Source: Candidatus Undivivens industriae (GTDB taxonomy: Bacteria; Omnitrophota; Gorgyraeia; Gygaellales; Profunditerraquicolaceae). From it: a DNA stretch of 64,000 nt. Of this stretch, positions 1 through 9,165 are shown in pieces; position 1 is the stretch's first letter; each line of letters starts with the position of its first letter. The stretch spans positions 104,962 to 168,961 of the forward strand of contig JAAYZR010000002.1 in NCBI GenBank assembly GCA_012514745.1, read 5' to 3'. The notes under the pieces are model-generated. The model saw only the letters and a program-made list of their open reading frames with translations. It ran no database searches and had not been told where the DNA came from. A program made the position numbers and the translations under genes.

Positions 1-1
1 C

Positions 2-787
2 CTTTTTCTGAAACAACAGGGGTTCAGGCAGAAGGTGCACAACCTGATCGTAGTGGAAGAGGGTGCCAAGGCCTACATAATAACCGGGTGTTCCGCCTCT
101 CACTCCGCTTCCGAAGGCATGCATATGGGCATATCGGAATTCTTCGTGCACAACGGGGCATATCTTAATTTTACCATGATCCATTCCTGGCAGGAGAGCG
201 TCAGCGTGAAACCGGTGAGCATCGCTTCCGTCGGGGAAGAGGCGGTGTTTATCTCGAATTACGTCTGTATGAAACCGGTGCGCGACATCACTATGTATCC
301 CACGGCTCTTTTGCACGGCAGAAAGGCGCGGACGAGCTTTAATTCCATAATACTTTCGCACCCCGGTTCCCTGCAGGACGTCGGATCCCGCGTTGCGCTG
401 CAGGCAGAGGAGACGCAGGCGGAGATCATCTCGAGGGCGGTCAGCCTGGGCGGGAAGGTGGTGGCCCGCGGGCATATCAAGGCCGCCGCCCGTAACGTCA
501 AAGGCCACCTGGAATGCCGGGGCCTGATACTGCCGGAACAGGGCAGCATTTACGCGATACCGGAGATGGAGACCGATTACCGCGATGTGGATCTTTCGCA
601 TGAAGCCGCCATCGGCAGGATCAACAAGGACGAAATCGAATACCTGCGTTGCCGCGGGTTCTCTCCCCAGGAGGCGCAGTCGCTGATCGTGCGCGGATTC
701 ATGGATGTCGGTGTGCTGGGTCTGCCGGACAAGTTGAAGGCTGAGATAGAAGAGCTGGAGAACGGCACGCTGAAAGCGGGACTGTAA
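2..787 (+). CDS. sufB: Fe-S cluster assembly protein, SufB/SufD family; 5' end truncated by the window edge
   Basis: The reading frame is open from the window start. The C-terminal region HEAAIGRINKDEIEYLRCRGFSPQEAQSLIVRGF matches the conserved SufB/SufD C-terminus. Confidence 0.65.
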   Translation, partial: LFLKQQGFRQKVHNLIVVEEGAKAYIITGCSASHSASEGMHMGISEFFVHNGAYLNFTMIHSWQESVSVKPVSIASVGEEAVFISNYVCMKPVRDITMYPTALLHGRKARTSFNSIILSHPGSLQDVGSRVALQAEETQAEIISRAVSLGGKVVARGHIKAAARNVKGHLECRGLILPEQGSIYAIPEMETDYRDVDLSHEAAIGRINKDEIEYLRCRGFSPQEAQSLIVRGFMDVGVLGLPDKLKAEIEELENGTLKAGL

Positions 788-800
788 AGCGGGGGAAGAG

Positions 801-1745
801 ATGCTCAAACCAAAAGTTGCGGTCATCGGCTGCGGCAACGTCGGCATGCGCTACGCCCACAGTCTTATGATCGGAGGAGCGGCCAGGTCGATCGTGCTTG
901 TCGACGTCGACGTAGAACGCGCGGAAGGAGAGGTTCTCGATCTTTCCAGCGGCATGCCGTATATTGTTTCCCCGGTAGAGGTCTCTTCCGGGACATACGC
1001 GGATATCGCGGGATCGGACCTGGTGGTGATTACCGCCGGGCGCAAGCAAAGCCCGGGCCAGACGCGCATGGCGCTGGCGAAGGACAACGTGGATCTCTTC
1101 CGCCGGATCGTCCCCGAGATAGTAAAACACGCCCCAGACGCGGTTCTTCTTGTTGTTTCCAATCCGGTGGATGTCCTGTCTTACGCCGCGTATAAATTCT
1201 CCGGCAGGCCTTCCGGGAAGGTGATAGGTTCCGGCACGGTGCTGGATTCCGGCAGGCTGCGCTGGCTGCTCTCATGCCATTGCGGGGTCGACGCGCGCAA
1301 CATTCACGCTTACATGCTGGGGGAGCACGGGGACAGCGAGTTCCCTGTCTGGAGCCGCGCTATGATCGGCGGGATATTGCTGGATGAATATTGTCCGGTC
1401 TGCGGAAAATGCGACCGCGGGGACCTGCTGGAAAAAATATCGGAGGAAGTGCGCACTTTCGCTTACAAGGTCATCGAGCGCAAAGGGGAGACTTCCTACG
1501 GTATCGGGCTCGCCCTGGTGCGTATCACCCAGGCCGTTCTGCACGACCAGAATTCCGTGTTGCCGGTCGGCTGCCTCGTTGCGGATTATTACGGTATCAA
1601 TGACGTCTATATGAGTCTCCCGGCGTTGGTGAATCGTTCCGGATTGCGGCAGATCCTCAGGCCCAGGCTTAACGACGTGGAGATCGGTTTGTTGAAGAAG
1701 TCGGCCGCAGAGATAAGAAACGTGCTGGACGAGTGCGGCTTATGA
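801..1745 (+). CDS. ldh: L-lactate dehydrogenase (LDH/MDH family)
   Basis: Rossmann motif VIGCGNVG, SNPVDV and the GEHGDS signature are present. The ITAGRKQ residue pattern points to LDH rather than MDH. Confidence 0.8.
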   Translation: MLKPKVAVIGCGNVGMRYAHSLMIGGAARSIVLVDVDVERAEGEVLDLSSGMPYIVSPVEVSSGTYADIAGSDLVVITAGRKQSPGQTRMALAKDNVDLFRRIVPEIVKHAPDAVLLVVSNPVDVLSYAAYKFSGRPSGKVIGSGTVLDSGRLRWLLSCHCGVDARNIHAYMLGEHGDSEFPVWSRAMIGGILLDEYCPVCGKCDRGDLLEKISEEVRTFAYKVIERKGETSYGIGLALVRITQAVLHDQNSVLPVGCLVADYYGINDVYMSLPALVNRSGLRQILRPRLNDVEIGLLKKSAAEIRNVLDECGL

Positions 1746-2452
1746 GGATATTCGATGTTTCTTTTACCGGCGGCATGGAAAGGACTTCCTGCATTAGGAG
1801 TTTTCGTTTCGACTGCGCGGAGAAGATTGATTTCCTTCCCGGGCAGTTCCTGAAACTTATTTTCGATGAGGCGGCCCCGGAGAACGGGGAATTGAATAAA
1901 TACCTTTCTTTTTCCTGTTCGCCCCACCGCGGGTACATTGAGGTGACGAAAAAGTTGACCGGGAGCAGGTTTTCCCTGCGCCTGCAGGCGCTTAAGACCG
2001 GAGAGAAAGTCAAACTGCAGGCGCCGATGGGCCGCTGCACGCTCCACCCGGAATACTCCCGGGTGGGTTTTATCTGCGGAGGCATCGGCATAACCCCGGT
2101 GATCTCGATGATAGATTATATGGCATACAAAGGATTCCCGGCGGACGCCGTTCTTTTCTATTCCAACAGGACCGCCGAAGAAACGGCGTTCAAACGAGAC
2201 CTGGACCTCTGGAAAACTGATAACGGCCGGTTAAAGGTGCACTATGCGGTTACCGACTGCCGGCCGCCGGAGGAGGGCTGTTTTTATGGGCGGATAGACC
2301 GCGCTTTCATAGAAGAGCGCGACCCGTTATTCAAGGAGAGAACGGTATTCATCTTCGGGCCTCCCGTCATGGTAACGGAAATGAGAGGGATTTGTTCGCA
2401 GATCGGGTGCCTCGGAAGCAACATTAAAAGCGAAGGTTTCACCGGCTATTGA
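1733..2452 (+). CDS. FNR-like FAD/NAD(P)-binding oxidoreductase (ferredoxin-NADP reductase fold)
   Basis: Contains the GGIGITP NAD-binding motif and an FNR-like layout. It starts at GTG 1733 or ATG 1742 and overlaps the ldh stop. Confidence 0.55.
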   Translation: MRLMRIFDVSFTGGMERTSCIRSFRFDCAEKIDFLPGQFLKLIFDEAAPENGELNKYLSFSCSPHRGYIEVTKKLTGSRFSLRLQALKTGEKVKLQAPMGRCTLHPEYSRVGFICGGIGITPVISMIDYMAYKGFPADAVLFYSNRTAEETAFKRDLDLWKTDNGRLKVHYAVTDCRPPEEGCFYGRIDRAFIEERDPLFKERTVFIFGPPVMVTEMRGICSQIGCLGSNIKSEGFTGY

Positions 2453-2462
2453 AGAAGGAGGC

Positions 2463-2864
2463 GTGAAAATGACTTTGATGAAAGACCTGTTCCAGAATGC
2501 CGATTGGAAAACGGAAAAACACGTTCCGGCCATAGATTTGCCTCTTCAGGCGTCTAAAGACGGGACATTCGAGATAATCGTGACGGTTGGCAGGCAGATC
2601 CCGCATCCAAATACTTCAGCTCATCATATCGCTTATATAGAGGTGTATTTTCTTCCGCAGGGCGAGAAATTCCCTTATCAGGCCGCCAGGTGCGAATTCC
2701 CAGCGCATGGGGCCTCTACCCAGGGGGCGGACACCAGCGGAGTATATTCTCTCCCCGAGGCAAGGGTCAAGATAAAAACAGAGAAGCCCGGCACGGTGGT
2801 AGCCTGCGCTTATTGTAATATCCACGGGCTCTGGGAGAATTCGGCTGTATTGACTATCGGCTGA
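2463..2864 (+). CDS. sor: superoxide reductase, 1Fe neelaredoxin type
   Basis: EKHVPAI motif and the His/Cys ligand pattern are present. GAAGGAGG RBS at 2451-2458. Confidence 0.75.
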   Translation: MKMTLMKDLFQNADWKTEKHVPAIDLPLQASKDGTFEIIVTVGRQIPHPNTSAHHIAYIEVYFLPQGEKFPYQAARCEFPAHGASTQGADTSGVYSLPEARVKIKTEKPGTVVACAYCNIHGLWENSAVLTIG

Positions 2865-3131
2865 GATTTTCGTGCCGGCGGTTGATCAAAACGGGATGAT
2901 TGGCTGTAAGCTTCAGGGAGGTTGCTGGAGCGATCGAGAATCAAAAAGGGGAATTTGATCCGCTGGGAATTCTCGACCGAGGCCTGATTTCTCTTGGTTA
3001 TTGTCGGGAAAGGAAGAGCAGTAAATCCGCAGCCGAATATGCGCTGTGTACCGGCGACGCATCGGCTTCGCCGGAAAAATAGAGAAGCCGCTGGTTTTAG
3101 CGCGAAGGGTTTCTCTCCGGAGGGAAAAATT

Positions 3132-4175
3132 ATGCTGACCAAGGTATTCGGGTTTATCCTGGGGGCGGTATTGTTGTCGTCCGGCGCGGCTTTTGCCGCC
3201 GGGGAACGAGGCGAATTCATTTACCGCGGGGTGGTTTACGCCATGAAAGCCGATTTCTCTTCGGCATCCGCGGAATTCCGGCAGGCATATCAGCTCAACA
3301 GGTTCGATCCGGAGGCGGATTTTTACCTGCAGATAATTGAAGATATCCGGCAGGGTCTGGTGCCTTCTTCTACGGCTGTGAATATATTTAAGGGCGTGGA
3401 TTATTTCCGCAAGAAATACCATAATCCGGCGTTGGAAGAACTGGACTTCGCCATAGAAGCCAGCCCCGGTTACATAAAAGCGTATCTCATACGTTGTAAT
3501 ATTTTCCTCGATAAGGCGGATTACAGGTCCGCCGGGGCCGACGGGGAAAAGATGGTAGGGATGGATTCTTCTTACGCCCCGGGATACAACGCCAGGGGCA
3601 GGGTTCATCTGGAGACCGGGATGTACGAGAAGGCCCTACGGGATTTCGGCAGCGCAATAGAGCTGGATGAGGATTACAGCGAGGCTTACGATAACCGGGG
3701 CAACGCTTATTTCAGACTCGGAACCTTTGATTCCGCCCTGGCCGATTTCAACGAATCCCTGCGCATAGACCCTTTTTACGTGCAGGCGTACAACGACCGC
3801 GGCAATGTCTTCCTGCGTCTTAAACAGTACGCCAAGGCCATCGCGGATTATTCCAGGGCAATAGAGCTGGATCCCGCCTGCGTTAAGGCCTACAATAACC
3901 GGGGTGTCGTCTTCCGCCGGCAGGAGAAATATATGGACGCCCTTAACGATTTCAACATGGCTTTGAAGATAGATCCCGGATTCTTTGCCGCTTATTTCAA
4001 CAAGGCGCTTGTGTTCGACAAGCTTTTTAAGGGCAGGGAAGCCGCGGCGGCGTATTCCGATTTCCTCGCCAGGGCGGGAAAGGACGTTCAACAGGAACAG
4101 AATATCGCGTACGCCAAGCGACGGCTGGCATTCTGGCGGGGGCAGGAGACCGGCAAGGATATCGTGAGCGAATGA
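3132..4175 (+). CDS. secreted tetratricopeptide-repeat protein
   Basis: Signal peptide MLTKVFGFILGAVLLSSGAAFAAG, followed by repeated AYxxRGxxxxxLGxxxxAxxDFxxAL TPR units. RBS GGAGGG upstream. Confidence 0.7.
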   Translation: MLTKVFGFILGAVLLSSGAAFAAGERGEFIYRGVVYAMKADFSSASAEFRQAYQLNRFDPEADFYLQIIEDIRQGLVPSSTAVNIFKGVDYFRKKYHNPALEELDFAIEASPGYIKAYLIRCNIFLDKADYRSAGADGEKMVGMDSSYAPGYNARGRVHLETGMYEKALRDFGSAIELDEDYSEAYDNRGNAYFRLGTFDSALADFNESLRIDPFYVQAYNDRGNVFLRLKQYAKAIADYSRAIELDPACVKAYNNRGVVFRRQEKYMDALNDFNMALKIDPGFFAAYFNKALVFDKLFKGREAAAAYSDFLARAGKDVQQEQNIAYAKRRLAFWRGQETGKDIVSE

Positions 4176-4236
4176 TGCCGGGGAGTTTTACTCAAACCGC
4201 GGAAATTCCCGGCTTTCAAGCCCAAAGGAGGAGCCG

Positions 4237-5433
4237 GTGCTTTGTGAAATAAGCAAAGGTGTATTCTGGGTCGGTGCCGTGGACTGGAACGTCAGGAATT
4301 TTCACGGCCACACTTTCAATACTTTCTCGGGAACGACGTATAATGCTTACCTTATAATAGATGACAAGATCACTCTGATAGATACCGTATTCGGGCCTTT
4401 CTCACGGGATTTGCTGGAGAATATCTCCGCGATCGTGCCTCCGGAGAAGATAGATTATGTGGTGGCGAACCACGTGGAAACCGACCATTCGGGAGCCTTG
4501 CCGGAAGTGATGCGCGCGGCCCCGCGGGCAAAGCTGTTAGGTACGGCAAAATGCCGCGAGGGTCTATCCAGGCATTATTACGCGGATTGGCCTTTTCAGA
4601 CCGTAAAGACCGGCGACAGACTTGTCCTGGGGAAGAAATCGCTCATTTTTATTGAAGCCCCCATGCTGCATTGGCCGGACAGCATGTTCACTTATCTGGA
4701 TGAAAAGGAAATACTGTTTTCCAACGACGCTTTTGGGCAGCACCTCGCCCACTGCAGAAGGTTCGCCGACGAGGCCGAGCAGGGGATGCTTATGCGCGAG
4801 GCGGCCAAATACTACGCTAATATCCTCTGGCCTTTAAGCCGGCTTGTATCCGGAAAGATCGCGGAACTGCGGAAAAGCGGCCTGCCGGTCTCTATGATCG
4901 CTCCCAGCCACGGTATGATATGGCGTAACGACCCCGGCGCGATAATCGAGAGCTACTCCCGCTGGGCGCTGAATTCTTCAGTCCCTAGGGCCGTGGTCGT
5001 CTATGAAAGCATGTGGGGAGGCACTGAAAAGATGGCGGGCGCGATTTACTCCGGGTTGTTGGAGACGGGGGCCGAAGCCGAGGTGTTCGATATAAACAGG
5101 GCTGACCGCACGGAAATAATAGGCAGGATGCTTGAGGCCGGCGGATATCTTTTTGGTTCATCCACCCATGACAACGGCATGCTGCCGAATCTCGCCGGAT
5201 TCCTTCATTTGCTCAAGGGATTAAAACCGCAGAACCGTCTTAGCGCGGTTTTCGGTTCTTTCGGCTGGGCCGGCGGGGCGGTGAATGAGATGGAAGCGTT
5301 GTTGTCCGGAGCCGGCATACCGCCGGCTTGCCGCGGGCTCTCCGTTCAATATCGCCCTTCTCCGGCTGATTTAGAGGCCTGCCGCGAATTCGGCCGTGAA
5401 TTCGGGCGCAGACTTATCGAAGCGCACAAATGA
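4237..5433 (+). CDS. fprA: flavodiiron protein (FprA / rubredoxin:oxygen oxidoreductase)
   Basis: N-terminal metallo-beta-lactamase-like diiron domain (HVETDHSGALPE) plus a C-terminal flavodoxin-like domain. Confidence 0.8.
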   Translation: MLCEISKGVFWVGAVDWNVRNFHGHTFNTFSGTTYNAYLIIDDKITLIDTVFGPFSRDLLENISAIVPPEKIDYVVANHVETDHSGALPEVMRAAPRAKLLGTAKCREGLSRHYYADWPFQTVKTGDRLVLGKKSLIFIEAPMLHWPDSMFTYLDEKEILFSNDAFGQHLAHCRRFADEAEQGMLMREAAKYYANILWPLSRLVSGKIAELRKSGLPVSMIAPSHGMIWRNDPGAIIESYSRWALNSSVPRAVVVYESMWGGTEKMAGAIYSGLLETGAEAEVFDINRADRTEIIGRMLEAGGYLFGSSTHDNGMLPNLAGFLHLLKGLKPQNRLSAVFGSFGWAGGAVNEMEALLSGAGIPPACRGLSVQYRPSPADLEACREFGREFGRRLIEAHK

Positions 5434-5571
5434 ATAAAATCACGAGCCGAAGCCGGACCGCCGCCCTTGGCGCGCGGATAATATAAACACCGCTTAGTTT
5501 TAAAATCATGAGCAAACCGCGGCCTTCAGGCCGCAAAGCGCCTAATTATTTGCAGCGCGAAGGAGGTTATT

Positions 5572-5730
5572 ATGCAGAAATACCGTTGCACAGTCTGTGG
5601 TTATATATATGATCCCCAGCAGGGGGACTCTTCAGCCGGGATCGCTCCAGGGACGGCGTTCGAGGCTCTGCCGGATACCTGGGTTTGCCCCGAATGCGGT
5701 GTCGGGAAAGATATGTTCGAGAAAATTTAG
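5572..5730 (+). CDS. rd: rubredoxin (52 aa); below the 60-aa cutoff of the ORF track
   Basis: Manual translation gives [19 protein letters not shown]...[16 protein letters not shown], with the two CxxCG rubredoxin knuckles. AGGAGG RBS at 5561-5566. Confidence 0.85.
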   Translation: MQKYRCTVCGYIYDPQQGDSSAGIAPGTAFEALPDTWVCPECGVGKDMFEKI

Positions 5731-5737
5731 CCCGCTT

Positions 5738-6202
5738 ATGATTATCCCGGAGGAAGTTTCCTCTTTTTTGCTCGCGCAGAGTTTTGTCGTAGCCTGTTCC
5801 ATAGACGCGGACGGTTATCCGCATTCCTCCTGTAAAGGCGTGGTGGAGATAATCGCTCCCGCGGGGGAGATATACCTGCTGGACCTTTATAAGAAACGCA
5901 CTTACGGCAATATACTGCGCAGCGGCAGGTTCAGCGTAACTGCCGTCGAGGAACACGGATTCAAGGGATATTGCCTTAAAGGGGAGGCGGAGATAATTCT
6001 GAAAGAACGGTTGCCGGCAGAGGTTTTAAAGTTATGGGAGAAAAGAATAACCGCCAGGCTGGCGCAAAGATTGATAACCAACCTCGGCGGCCGCAAAGGT
6101 CATCCTTTTCATCCCGAAGCCCTGCTCCCGGCACCCGAATATATGATCAAGTTGAACGTTGCAAGTATCATGGATTTGACCCCGGCCGTTCTTAAGACTT
6201 GA
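5738..6202 (+). CDS. pyridoxamine 5'-phosphate oxidase-like FMN-binding protein
   Basis: Split-barrel PNPOx-like fold (LLAQSFVVACSIDADGYPHSS). The track ORF 5597-6202 extends 5' over the rubredoxin gene in another frame; the start was trimmed to ATG 5738. Confidence 0.5.
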   Translation: MIIPEEVSSFLLAQSFVVACSIDADGYPHSSCKGVVEIIAPAGEIYLLDLYKKRTYGNILRSGRFSVTAVEEHGFKGYCLKGEAEIILKERLPAEVLKLWEKRITARLAQRLITNLGGRKGHPFHPEALLPAPEYMIKLNVASIMDLTPAVLKT

Positions 6203-6239
6203 CCGGCGAGGCCGCCCGGTCCCGGCAAAGGAGGCGTGT

Positions 6240-6476
6240 ATGAAGAACGTAAAGGTTTACAGCACTCCCACATGTCCTTACTGTATCCGCCTGAAACAGT
6301 TCCTTAAGGAAAGCAACGTTGTCTTCGAGGATATCGACGTTTCCGTGAACCGCGCCGCGGCGGATGAGATCGTTGACAGGACCGGCCAGATGGGCGTGCC
6401 GGTCATCGACATCGAAGGAGAGCTTATCGTGGGATTCGACCGCGAGCGCGTAAAACAGGCGCTGGGGCTGGTTTAA
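6240..6476 (+). CDS. glutaredoxin / NrdH-like redoxin
   Basis: CPYC active site at the N-terminus; 78 aa. Confidence 0.75.
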   Translation: MKNVKVYSTPTCPYCIRLKQFLKESNVVFEDIDVSVNRAAADEIVDRTGQMGVPVIDIEGELIVGFDRERVKQALGLV

Positions 6477-6496
6477 ACGGGCGAGGGAGACGCGGG

Positions 6497-7402
6497 ATGA
6501 AACAGGCGGATCTTTTGATAATAGGAGGAGGGCCGGCGGGAGTCACGGCCGCCATCTATGCCGCCAGGAAGGGGCTGGATTTCATGATGATCAGCCGCGA
6601 CATCGGCGGACAGGCGGCCTTGAGCGGACGCATCGAGAATTACACCGGATGCCAGGTGGTTAGCGGTCCGGAGTTGACCGCAAGATTCGAAGAGCATCTG
6701 AAGAAATTCAGCATCAGGCTGGTGCAGCCTGAGACCGCTTTGTCCCTTACGCGGGACGGCGGGCGGTTCAGGGTCTCCGGAGAAAAAGATGCATATAGCG
6801 CCTCGGCGGTGATTGTTGCGACAGGGAAGCGTTCGCGCCTGCTGGGCGTTAAGGGAGAAAAGGAATTCCTCGGCAGGGGGCTTACCTATTGCGCGGTCTG
6901 CGACGGGCCTCTGTTCGCCGGCCGGGACGTCGCGGTCATCGGCGGCGGCAACTCGGCGCTTGACGCGGCTCTACAGATGTCGCGCATAGCCTCCAGGGTA
7001 TACGTGCTGGAATCTTCCGGGGGCTTCACGGCCGACAAGATCCTGGTAAACAGGCTTTCGGCCGCCGGCAACGTGGAGATTTATAAGAATGCCTCGGTAA
7101 TAGAGGTCATAGGCGGCCGTTTCGTGGAAGGCATACGGTTTTCGGCGCAAGGAAAAGAGTCGATACTGCCGGTGCGCGGGGTTTTCGTGGAGATAGGGCT
7201 TGCCCCCAATTCCGAATTCGCCGCCATCGCCTCCAGAAACGGAAAAGGGGAGATCAAGGTCGATTGTTCCAACGGAACCGACGTCCCCGGATTGTTCGCA
7301 GCCGGCGACGTTACCGATGTCCCGGAAAAACAGATCGTTATTGCCGCCGGCGACGGGGCAAAAGCCGCGCTTTCCGCCGCCAGATATCTGCTTTCTTTGT
7401 AA
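6497..7402 (+). CDS. trxB: thioredoxin-disulfide reductase
   Basis: GGGPAG FAD motif, CAVCDG redox-active disulfide, GGGNSA NADPH motif. Confidence 0.8.
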   Translation: MKQADLLIIGGGPAGVTAAIYAARKGLDFMMISRDIGGQAALSGRIENYTGCQVVSGPELTARFEEHLKKFSIRLVQPETALSLTRDGGRFRVSGEKDAYSASAVIVATGKRSRLLGVKGEKEFLGRGLTYCAVCDGPLFAGRDVAVIGGGNSALDAALQMSRIASRVYVLESSGGFTADKILVNRLSAAGNVEIYKNASVIEVIGGRFVEGIRFSAQGKESILPVRGVFVEIGLAPNSEFAAIASRNGKGEIKVDCSNGTDVPGLFAAGDVTDVPEKQIVIAAGDGAKAALSAARYLLSL

Positions 7403-7414
7403 GTTCCGTTCAGG

Positions 7415-7461
7415 ATAATGCCTTAAACAAGGTTGACAAAAAGGCATTATTTTGGTATACT
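7415..7461 (+). promoter_or_regulatory. sigma70-type promoter (TTGACA-17-TATACT) with a perfect 10-bp inverted repeat ATAATGCCTT/AAGGCATTAT bracketing the -35 box; candidate Rrf2 auto-operator
   Basis: TTGACA at 7433-7438 and TATACT at 7456-7461. The inverted-repeat arms lie at 7415-7424 and 7441-7450. Confidence 0.5.
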
Positions 7462-7487
7462 CTACTATTATAATCAGGATTATAGCC

Positions 7488-7937
7488 ATGAGAATAACAT
7501 ATAAAGGCGATTATGCGCTGAAAGCCATACTTGATCTGGCGATCCACTATCGTGACAAGCCGGATCCGGTGAGTATCCAGCACATGGCCGGCCGGTTGGA
7601 TATCCCCATCAAGTTCCTTGAGCAAGTGTTGCTGGAATTGAAGAAAGGCGGTTTTGTCGAGAGCCGCCGGGGCAAAGTAGGAGGTTATCTCCTATCAAGG
7701 CCGCCGTCGGAGATATCCCTGGGGCATGTTGTGCGTTTCATCGTTTCTCCGGTTGAGCCGATCGCCTGCGTGGAGGACGGATATAAAGGGTGCCGGGATA
7801 TATATAAGTGCGTTTTCAGGGAGGTCTGGCAGAGGGTCTCCGACGCCACTATGCGGATTGTCGACGGCGTCACTTTTTCCGACCTGCTGGAGAATCTCAA
7901 CCGTAAAGATAAAGAACAGATGGTCTATCAGATATAA
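7488..7937 (+). CDS. Rrf2-family transcriptional regulator (IscR/CymR-like)
   Basis: N-terminal wHTH (YALKAILDLA) and a cysteine-containing C-terminus. Sits immediately upstream of cysK, as CymR does. Confidence 0.75.
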   Translation: MRITYKGDYALKAILDLAIHYRDKPDPVSIQHMAGRLDIPIKFLEQVLLELKKGGFVESRRGKVGGYLLSRPPSEISLGHVVRFIVSPVEPIACVEDGYKGCRDIYKCVFREVWQRVSDATMRIVDGVTFSDLLENLNRKDKEQMVYQI

Positions 7938-7946
7938 AATACGCCG

Positions 7947-8846
7947 ATGTTAACTAAAAATGTTTCTGCCCTAATCGGGAATACTCCTCTGGTAAAATTG
8001 AATTCGCTGCCCGAGCGGCGCGGCGCGAACGTCTTCGCAAAGATTGAAGGGTTAAACCCCGGAGGCAGCATCAAAGACCGCATTTGTCTCAATATTGTCA
8101 ATGAAGCGGAGCGCAACGGGCAGTTGAAACCGGGCTATACCATAATCGAGCCCACAAGCGGCAATACCGGGATAGGTCTCGCCATGCTTTCCGCCTTGCG
8201 GGGCTACAGATGCATTATAGTCATGCCGGAAAATATGAGCCGTCAGCGCTGTGAAATACTGGGTAGTTACGGGGCGGAAGTCGTGCTCACGCCCGTTGCC
8301 GGCGGCATGCGCGCCGCGATCGATAAAGCCGGTGAAATAGGCCGTTCCGTGAAGAAAAGTTATTCCATCAGGCAGTTCAGCAACCCGGCCAATCCCGAAG
8401 CCCACCGCAGGACAACGGCAATGGAGATATTGCGCGATACCCCGGGAAGGATCGACGCCTTTGTTTGCGGTGTCGGCACAGGCGGGACGTTGACGGGCGT
8501 CGGCGCGGCGTTAAAGGCGAAGAACCCCCGCGTGAGGATTATCGCGGTCGAACCCGCGGCCAGCCCGGTTCTTTCCGGAGGTAAAGCCGGGGCGCATAAG
8601 ATACAAGGTATAGGAGCGGGGTTCATTCCTCCTGTGCTGGATGTCTCTTTGATAGACGAGGTCATTACTGTCACCGATGAGGCCGCTTTGTCCTGCCGTC
8701 GTGAATTGTCCGCGCGCGAAGGCATCTTCGCCGGGATTTCCGCGGGGGCCGCGGTATGGGCCGCGTTGAGGGCGGCGGAGAAGCTCGGCAGAGGGAAGAC
8801 GGTAGTTACGGTACTTCCGGATACGGGGGAGAGATATTTGTCCTGA
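7947..8846 (+). CDS. cysK: cysteine synthase A (O-acetylserine sulfhydrylase)
   Basis: PLP-lysine region IEPTSGNTGIGLA and the GTGGT loop. Confidence 0.85.
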   Translation: MLTKNVSALIGNTPLVKLNSLPERRGANVFAKIEGLNPGGSIKDRICLNIVNEAERNGQLKPGYTIIEPTSGNTGIGLAMLSALRGYRCIIVMPENMSRQRCEILGSYGAEVVLTPVAGGMRAAIDKAGEIGRSVKKSYSIRQFSNPANPEAHRRTTAMEILRDTPGRIDAFVCGVGTGGTLTGVGAALKAKNPRVRIIAVEPAASPVLSGGKAGAHKIQGIGAGFIPPVLDVSLIDEVITVTDEAALSCRRELSAREGIFAGISAGAAVWAALRAAEKLGRGKTVVTVLPDTGERYLS

Positions 8847-8922
8847 CGCGTCTTCGCGGACCGGGCAAGGCCGTTTAAAACAGGATCACACATCAGTGGA
8901 ATGCGGCAAACGGGAGGATTAG

Positions 8923-9144
8923 ATGAGAGAAAAGGTTGAGGCAGTGCTGGAGAAGATCAAGCCGATGCTGGCGGCAGACGGCGGGAGCGTGGAGCTGGTG
9001 GATGTCGGCGACGATGGAGTGGTGAAAGTGAGACTCACCGGCAGTTGCGGATGCTGCGCTATGAGCCAGTTTACGCTGAAAATGGGCATAGAGCGCATCC
9101 TGAAACAGGAAGTGCCGGAAGTAAAAGAGGTGGTCTCGGTTTGA
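8923..9144 (+). CDS. NifU-like (Nfu) Fe-S scaffold domain protein
   Basis: 73 aa with CxxC in LTGSCGCCAMS. GGGAGG RBS. Confidence 0.7.
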   Translation: MREKVEAVLEKIKPMLAADGGSVELVDVGDDGVVKVRLTGSCGCCAMSQFTLKMGIERILKQEVPEVKEVVSV

Positions 9145-9165
9145 ACGGGCCAAAGTGAGGGGGAA

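Noticed and set aside
5597-5737. N-terminal 47-aa extension of the PNPOx-like ORF as given in the ORF track
   Set aside because: It overlaps the strongly supported rubredoxin gene in another frame and has an implausible Arg/Pro-rich composition. The start was moved to ATG 5738.
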